A DNA stretch of 64,000 nt from Macrostomum lignano. Its lineage: Eukaryota. The stretch covers positions 1 through 64,000 of the forward strand of contig NIVC01002657.1 in NCBI GenBank assembly GCA_002269645.1. The letters run 5' to 3'. The notes beneath the pieces were generated by a model. It was not told the DNA's origin. It saw only the letters and a list, made by a program, of their open reading frames with translations, and did not search any database. This document shows, piece by piece, positions 58,130-64,000 of this stretch (within the stretch, counting starts at the first letter, position 1; the number at the start of each line of letters is the position of its first letter). The position numbers and the translations under genes are program-made.

Positions 58130-61100
58130 TACTGGCAGCATTCTAAATAAGGAGGTGGTTTATCTATTAGACACTGGAAGCAATAGGAACATTCTAGGAC
58201 GTGAAACTTGGAAACATTTGTTAACTGGCAAGAATAGTCACTTAATTAAGCAGTGGAACAATAGAATCGTGTCATTCACGGAAGAGCTGATTCCAATTAA
58301 AGGTTCCGTAGTTATTAAGGCAACATTCGGTGATTTTGAAGAAGAAATAGAGATTCTTTTATGTGACGCAGAAGTAGACAATGTAATAGGCGTGACGTTT
58401 GTCCAACAATATTGCAATGCTATCGACTTTGAGGCAGGAATGCTAACTATGAAGCAGGGAACTAGGATTCCACTTCGTTCTACCAGAGCTAAGCCTCAGG
58501 TTAAGAGAATCTATGTTGCAGAAAAGACGACAGTTCCATCTAATACTTCAGGATTAGTCAAAGTTAGATTAGCCACAGGTAGTGAGTCCAATTTCGGAGT
58601 GCCGTCAGTTGTTGAGCCACTCAGATCAGGATTAAAGACTAGAACAGAGAAAGTAACTTTAGTGCCAAGTTTAGTAACTTTGAGTCAAGGGGAAGCTTAC
58701 CTAGAAGTGATTAACACCAGTTCACAGTAAGCTAGAGTGCCCGCATCAGCACTAGTAGGAATGGCTAAGCCACTGTTAGCTAGCGAATTAAACTATCTTA
58801 AAGATCAACCAGAGAAAGAGCAGTCATGCCAGAATAGGAACACGCAGTTGTGCGAAAACATCAGACAAGTGCAAGAGAAGTCAGAAGACTGGATTAGTGA
58901 AATCAACATAGGAAATGAACTGACACAGGAGCAGAGACAGAAGGTGATCGAGGTCGTCAAGGAACATTCAGCAGCTTTCTCGCAGCACGAGTTAGACTTA
59001 GGCAGAACGCATTTAGTCACATATGAAATTATCTTGAAGGATAACAACCCAGTTCAGATACCAGCTAGGAAAATTCCACCTCATTGGATCAAGGAGGTAA
59101 ATGAGCAGTTAGATCTCATGTTGGCTAGAGGCATCATTAGGCCTAGTTACTCGCAGTACTCGACCCCATTAGTCATAGTACCTAAGAAGGGTGGTTCGCT
59201 GAGACTAGTTAACGACTATCGAGCACTAAACAACAAATCGGAGTACTTTCCGTATCCAATAACTAATATTAATGAAACATTCTCATGTCTTCATGGAGCC
59301 AGTCAATTCTCTACGTTAGATCTATTCTCAGGGTATTGAGTACGAAGTTTTGTAAATGGGATTGCAAGGAGCTCCAGGAACTTTTCAAAGGTGCATGAAC
59401 TTAGTTCTTAAGGACATTGCACAAAAGTTCGCCATAGCTTACTTAGACGATGTAATAGTTTATAGTACAGACTTTGAATCTCACTTAGAACACCTGAAAG
59501 AAGTGCTCAAAAGACTAATCCAAGCTAATATGAAACTGAAAGCGAAGAAATGTCACCTTTTCAAATCAGAACTGCAATATCTAGGACACGTCATAGGCAA
59601 AACAGGAATTAAAAGAGATGCGTCAAAGTTAGAAACGATTAGGAACTGGCCGAAACCTAAATCTGTGACAGAGCTTCGAAGTTTTCTCGGACTCTGTAAT
59701 TATTATCGAAAATTCGTTAGAGATTTTGCCGAGGTAGCAGCACCACTCTGTGAGCTAACGAAGAAGAACATCAAGTGCATCCAGGACAAATGGACCAGGA
59801 TTCATGATGAATGCTTCGAGCTGTTGAAGGAACGGATGTGTTCCGAAGAAGTGCTTGCTTACTCAGAGTTTAATACAGACCCCCAAGTTTACTTTGTGTT
59901 AGACACTGATGCATCAGATGTCAGAATTGGGGCGGTCTTAAATCAAGTACAGAGCGACGGAGTTGAGAGACCGATCGCGTATTATAGCCGAAAAATGAGG
60001 CAGTCAGAAAGTAGATATCCGATTACGAGAAAGGAGCTTCTAGCGATTGTTGACTCGCTGAAGTACTTCAGGTTTTATCTCGTAGGGAAACGTTTTAAGG
60101 TGCGCACTGATCACAATGCCCTAACCTGGTTGCTTCGCCAAACCGAGCAGACAGGCATTTTAGGTCGTTGGATCGAGAGACTTAGTGAATTTGATTTTGA
60201 GATTGAGCATAGAAGTGGCCCTAAGCATGTGAATGCTGATGCTCTATCCAGGATCCCGGATCCTCAACAGGATGAGTCATCCCCATATGCCAGGTCACTT
60301 AGCTGTAGGGCAACTGTGAACACAGACCCAGCATCAGCCGTTACTGTGAGCTCAGGCAATTCCGCGCAAGCCGAAACCTGTAGTCTGCACAGTGGAGTTA
60401 CGTCATGCTGTTCGCCGCAGAATATGGCACCGAACCGACACAATACTCCGAGTTTTAGTAGCAGGTTGCTAAGCAAAAAGCAGGAACAGGAGCCTAAGGA
60501 AAGGTACCCGCTTGTTTGCAATGCACTGCTGAGTGATTACCTTCGTAGCCCAGTGCGTCGCGAAAATTTGGTCGCAGCTCAGCTAGCCGACCCCGCACTA
60601 AGCTATGTCAGGAATCTGATTGAATCTGACTTGCCGAAACCGAACTTTCAAGAAAGACTAGAATTGTCTCACGAGATTAGAAATCTGCTAGGTTACTTTG
60701 AACTCTTCAGGATAGAGGACGGTGTTCTCCGAATAGACTTAAATTTAGGGCGGACCGAATCTAAAGTGGTGTTGCCTAAGTCTTTGGATAGTGAAGTATT
60801 TCACGAATTCCACGATTCACCGTTAGCAGGTCATCTAGGAAGAGATAAGATTATCAGCGAGTTAAGGAAAGATTTTGGAGAGTAGGATCAGCTACAGCAG
60901 TCGAAAAGTACGTCGCCAAGTGCAAGTCCTGTTTAGAGAGTAAGTCAAGGAAGCGATGCAAGGCACCAGTGCAGAATTTTCCTATTGTCGAGCCATTCTC
61001 ACGCCTATAAATTGATTTGATAGGTCCGATCAGTCAGACTAGCAAATCTGGTAACAAATATGTCTTGTCAGTTATTGACAGCACTAGAAAATTTCCATTT

Positions 61101-62174
61101 GCGTTTGCAATTAAAAATTAGAAGGCTAAGACAGTAATTAAAATTCTGCAGGAGCGAGTTTTCGCCGACTTTGGAATACCTCAGTGGATTCACACAGATC
61201 AGGGAACACAATTTACAGGGAGAGCATTTAGGAAATTTCCAGACCTCTATGGGATTAGGCATACTAGAACAACAAGCTATCATCCACAAAGCAATGGGCT
61301 AGTAGAGAATTTAAACAAACAAATTAAGTCAATTCTTACCTGTTTGCTCGAGAAAGAACATGCGAACTGGGATGTTCTATTGCCCGGTTGTATAACTGCA
61401 TTGCGCACCAGCACGCATACAGCCACAGGTTTCAGCCCGCATTATCGTGTGTTTGGAAGAGAGGCCCGGATGCCGTGTGACAACGTGTTCCAGCAGCCAA
61501 AGGCGTTCGCCGATCTGCCTGCTTATGTTCAAGAGCACTTGACTCACCTGCAAGAGGGGCAAGACCTCACCAAACAGCGGCTTAAATTAATACAACGTAA
61601 GCGTGAGCAACACTATTCTAACAAACCAAAACAACCATACTTACCTATAGGGAGCTTAGTTTTCATCAAAAACCCAGTCATCACACAGACAGAAGCCAAC
61701 AAGTTCCACAGGAAGAGAAGTGCAGTCTACGAGGTCATAGAACAGTTATCAGAAGTAGTTTACAGGATTAGACTATTAAACAAAAATACTAGGGCTAGAA
61801 AAGAGGAATTAGTCATGCATAGGGATAATTTACTACCAGTACCAACAGCCGATTACGTCAGTGAAGAAGAAAAGCCAGAAAGCAGTTGTGCCAGGCGACC
61901 GAAACTTCGAGAAAATGTACCGCTTAATCCGATGTACGACGCAGCCGACAGTGAGAGTGAGCAAGAAGAAGAAGTGCAGTTTGTGCCAGTGCAGAATCAG
62001 AATAATGTTCCAGTACCAGTGCAGGTTATGCCAGTGCAAGTTATGCCAGTACAAGAAGATAATCTACCAGTGCAAAATAATAATGAGCAGCCAGCAGTCG
62101 AAACTAGACCAGTTAGAGATAGACGGGAGCCGAGTAGATTTGTGATAGACCCAGGCCGGAAGAGCTACGAGTAA
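58130..62174 (+). mobile_element. pol: Second Ty3/Gypsy pol remnant, related to the 41-47 kb element; gag and LTRs absent; stops and deletions
   Basis: LLDTGS, VPKKGGSLRLVNDYRALN, AYLDDVIV, VLDTDASD, FKVRTDHNAL, FHDSPLAGHLG, IHTDQGTQF. It shares FGVPSVVEPLRSGL and AYxExNTDP with the first copy. Confidence 0.92.
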
Positions 62175-62637
62175 GTTAGTTAGCTATATTCTATTGCTTG
62201 CGAGTTTTGATCATTTCGCGCATTCGCCCAGTCTGTCCGCTTCGTTTGATTGTTTCTGGAATCCTGGATTATGATAAAATGTGATTGAACGTGTGATTGA
62301 ACTGGAATATAGTCTGCGCCGTGTTGATTTATACTTGATTGATTGATTGACGCGTATTGGATTCATTCAATTGGCGCGTTCACAAAATTTCTTCATTCTA
62401 TTTCCATTTTAACTTTCAAATCCAACGCCTAATTAATTTCATCAGTCTTTTTCTTTCCCTTGTACTTTCAAACCACCCACCAAACCTCAACTCCGCAGTC
62501 GCTTACCCCCCTCCACCGCTCACCATTCTGTCCCCAAAAGCCCCAACCCCCACCCCCATCCTCTCGCCAGCCTGGCCCCACCGCCCAACACTACTTTCAT
62601 TGATCGATCGAAACCCCTAAACTTCCACGCACGTGAT

Positions 62638-62742
62638 CTTTTAGCCCGTCTAACTAGCTAGCAAACCAATTTGATATCAAATGTTGAACGCACAACGGTC
62701 CGTTGTACGCACAAGACGACGATGTGCGGTCGGTTATCCACT

Positions 62743-62773
<31 letters not shown>

Positions 62774-62830
62774 CGTGTACAAACGCGGCGCTCTCTCTTC
62801 CAATTCCATACTATATAGATGGGCTAGGCT
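62638..62830 (+). mobile_element. Helentron/DINE-1-like non-autonomous element (HINE-like)
   Basis: T-rich start; TAGCCCGTCTA (62642-62652) pairs with TAGATGGGCTA (62816-62826, 1 mismatch); the two enclose a (CTGT)n(CCGT)n microsatellite at 62741-62776. Confidence 0.6.
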
Positions 62831-63534
62831 ACCACCACCACCACGTTGTATTTTGCCAACCCTCTCTCTATCACTCTGTGCCTCAATAGATTAAATGTGT
62901 CAGACAGACACAAAAGAAATTGAATGTATTATTAATTAACCTTTAGATAAATTCGAATTCCAGCCACAGCCAACAGATCGACCATTTATTATAAGCGTTA
63001 CAACTAATCCAACATCTAATAATCATGGATAGCTAGCTGGCGGCAACTTGACCAATTGAACAAGTGAGTATATGCCTGTTTATATTAACAATTATAAAGA
63101 ATCCATGCTACCAAAAGAATCCAAAAGAATAATAACATACTACTAAACATATCATGTTAAACCGAAACTCAAACAGCAGTATTTCAACACTCCCTGATTT
63201 AAGCTTGGGTGCTTTAATTCGGCTTTTTTATATAATTAATTTAGTTTACTTATTAATTGTCATCCGCGGAGTTTTTAGAAGTCTGCGTAACTTCTGTATT
63301 TTATCTATATACTTTATAGCGGCGCGAGACTATTATTAATTTGTTGATCCCTAGCCCAATTGTTGTGCGTTAAGACTAGCATTTGACGGCTAATCCTATA
63401 TGCTTCAGCAATACTGTTTGGCATCTAATCCCATATACTCGTACTTTTGGACTTATAAACTATAACACATTGTTCTACCATAGATATTTTGTTTATTAAA
63501 TCACAACTTAAGCAACAGTGTCAGTAGCAGCAGT

Positions 63535-64000
63535 GTTGACTGATGATATGACCCCGATTGATTCTGGTGATGTGACCCCGTTGACTGGTGATGTGACCTT
63601 GGCGACAGGTGATGTGACTCCGATTGAGTGGTGATGTTACCCGATTGACTGGTGTTGTGAACAAAGTGACTGCTGGTGTGACATACTTGACTGGTGTTGT
63701 GACCTGATTGACTGGTGATGTGACCATGGTGACTGGTGATGTGACCGTGTTGACGCGATGTGACCGTGTTGACTGGTGATGTGACCATGGTGACTGGTGA
63801 TGTGATCGTGTTGACTGGCGATGTGACCTGGTTGACTGGTGTTGTGACTCCGATTGAGTGGTGATGTTACCCGATTGACTGGTGTTGTGACCATGAAGAT
63901 TGGTGATGTGATCAAAGTGACTGCTGGTGTGACATACTTGACTGGTGTTGTGACCTGTTTGGCTGGTGATGTGACCTGATTGACTGGTGATGTGACCATG
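63535..64000. repeat. 21-nt minisatellite (GTTGACTGGTGATGTGACC.. core), runs off the window end
   Basis: About 20 diverged copies; the minus strand reads as VTSPVNx or HITSQxG heptapeptides. Confidence 0.93.

Overview
This is eukaryotic (invertebrate-like) DNA that is almost entirely transposon- and virus-derived; I found no intact host gene, rRNA, true tRNA gene or CRISPR array. In order, it holds: a nearly full-length LOA/R1-group LINE with RNase H (1-5.9 kb); a piggyBac remnant; a palindromic hairpin element; a mariner interrupted by a tRNA-derived SINE with a 14-bp TSD; a THAP/P-element fragment; a Polinton-type protein-primed DNA polymerase (minus strand); a decayed Ty3/Gypsy; a complete P element (150-bp TIRs, 8-bp TSD, one intron); a Jockey-like LINE split by a complete 6.65-kb CMC/EnSpm transposon (TA TSD); a long structured leader with repeated tRNA-Leu primer-binding sites; a Ty3/Gypsy with a -1 frameshift signal and an extra in-frame 3' domain; an AT-rich virus-like island carrying a Prim-Pol (AEP) pseudogene; a second related Gypsy; a Helentron-like MITE; and many minisatellites. 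Many frameshifts are single-base changes in homopolymers and could be sequencing errors. All family assignments come from motif recognition by eye, not from database searches.
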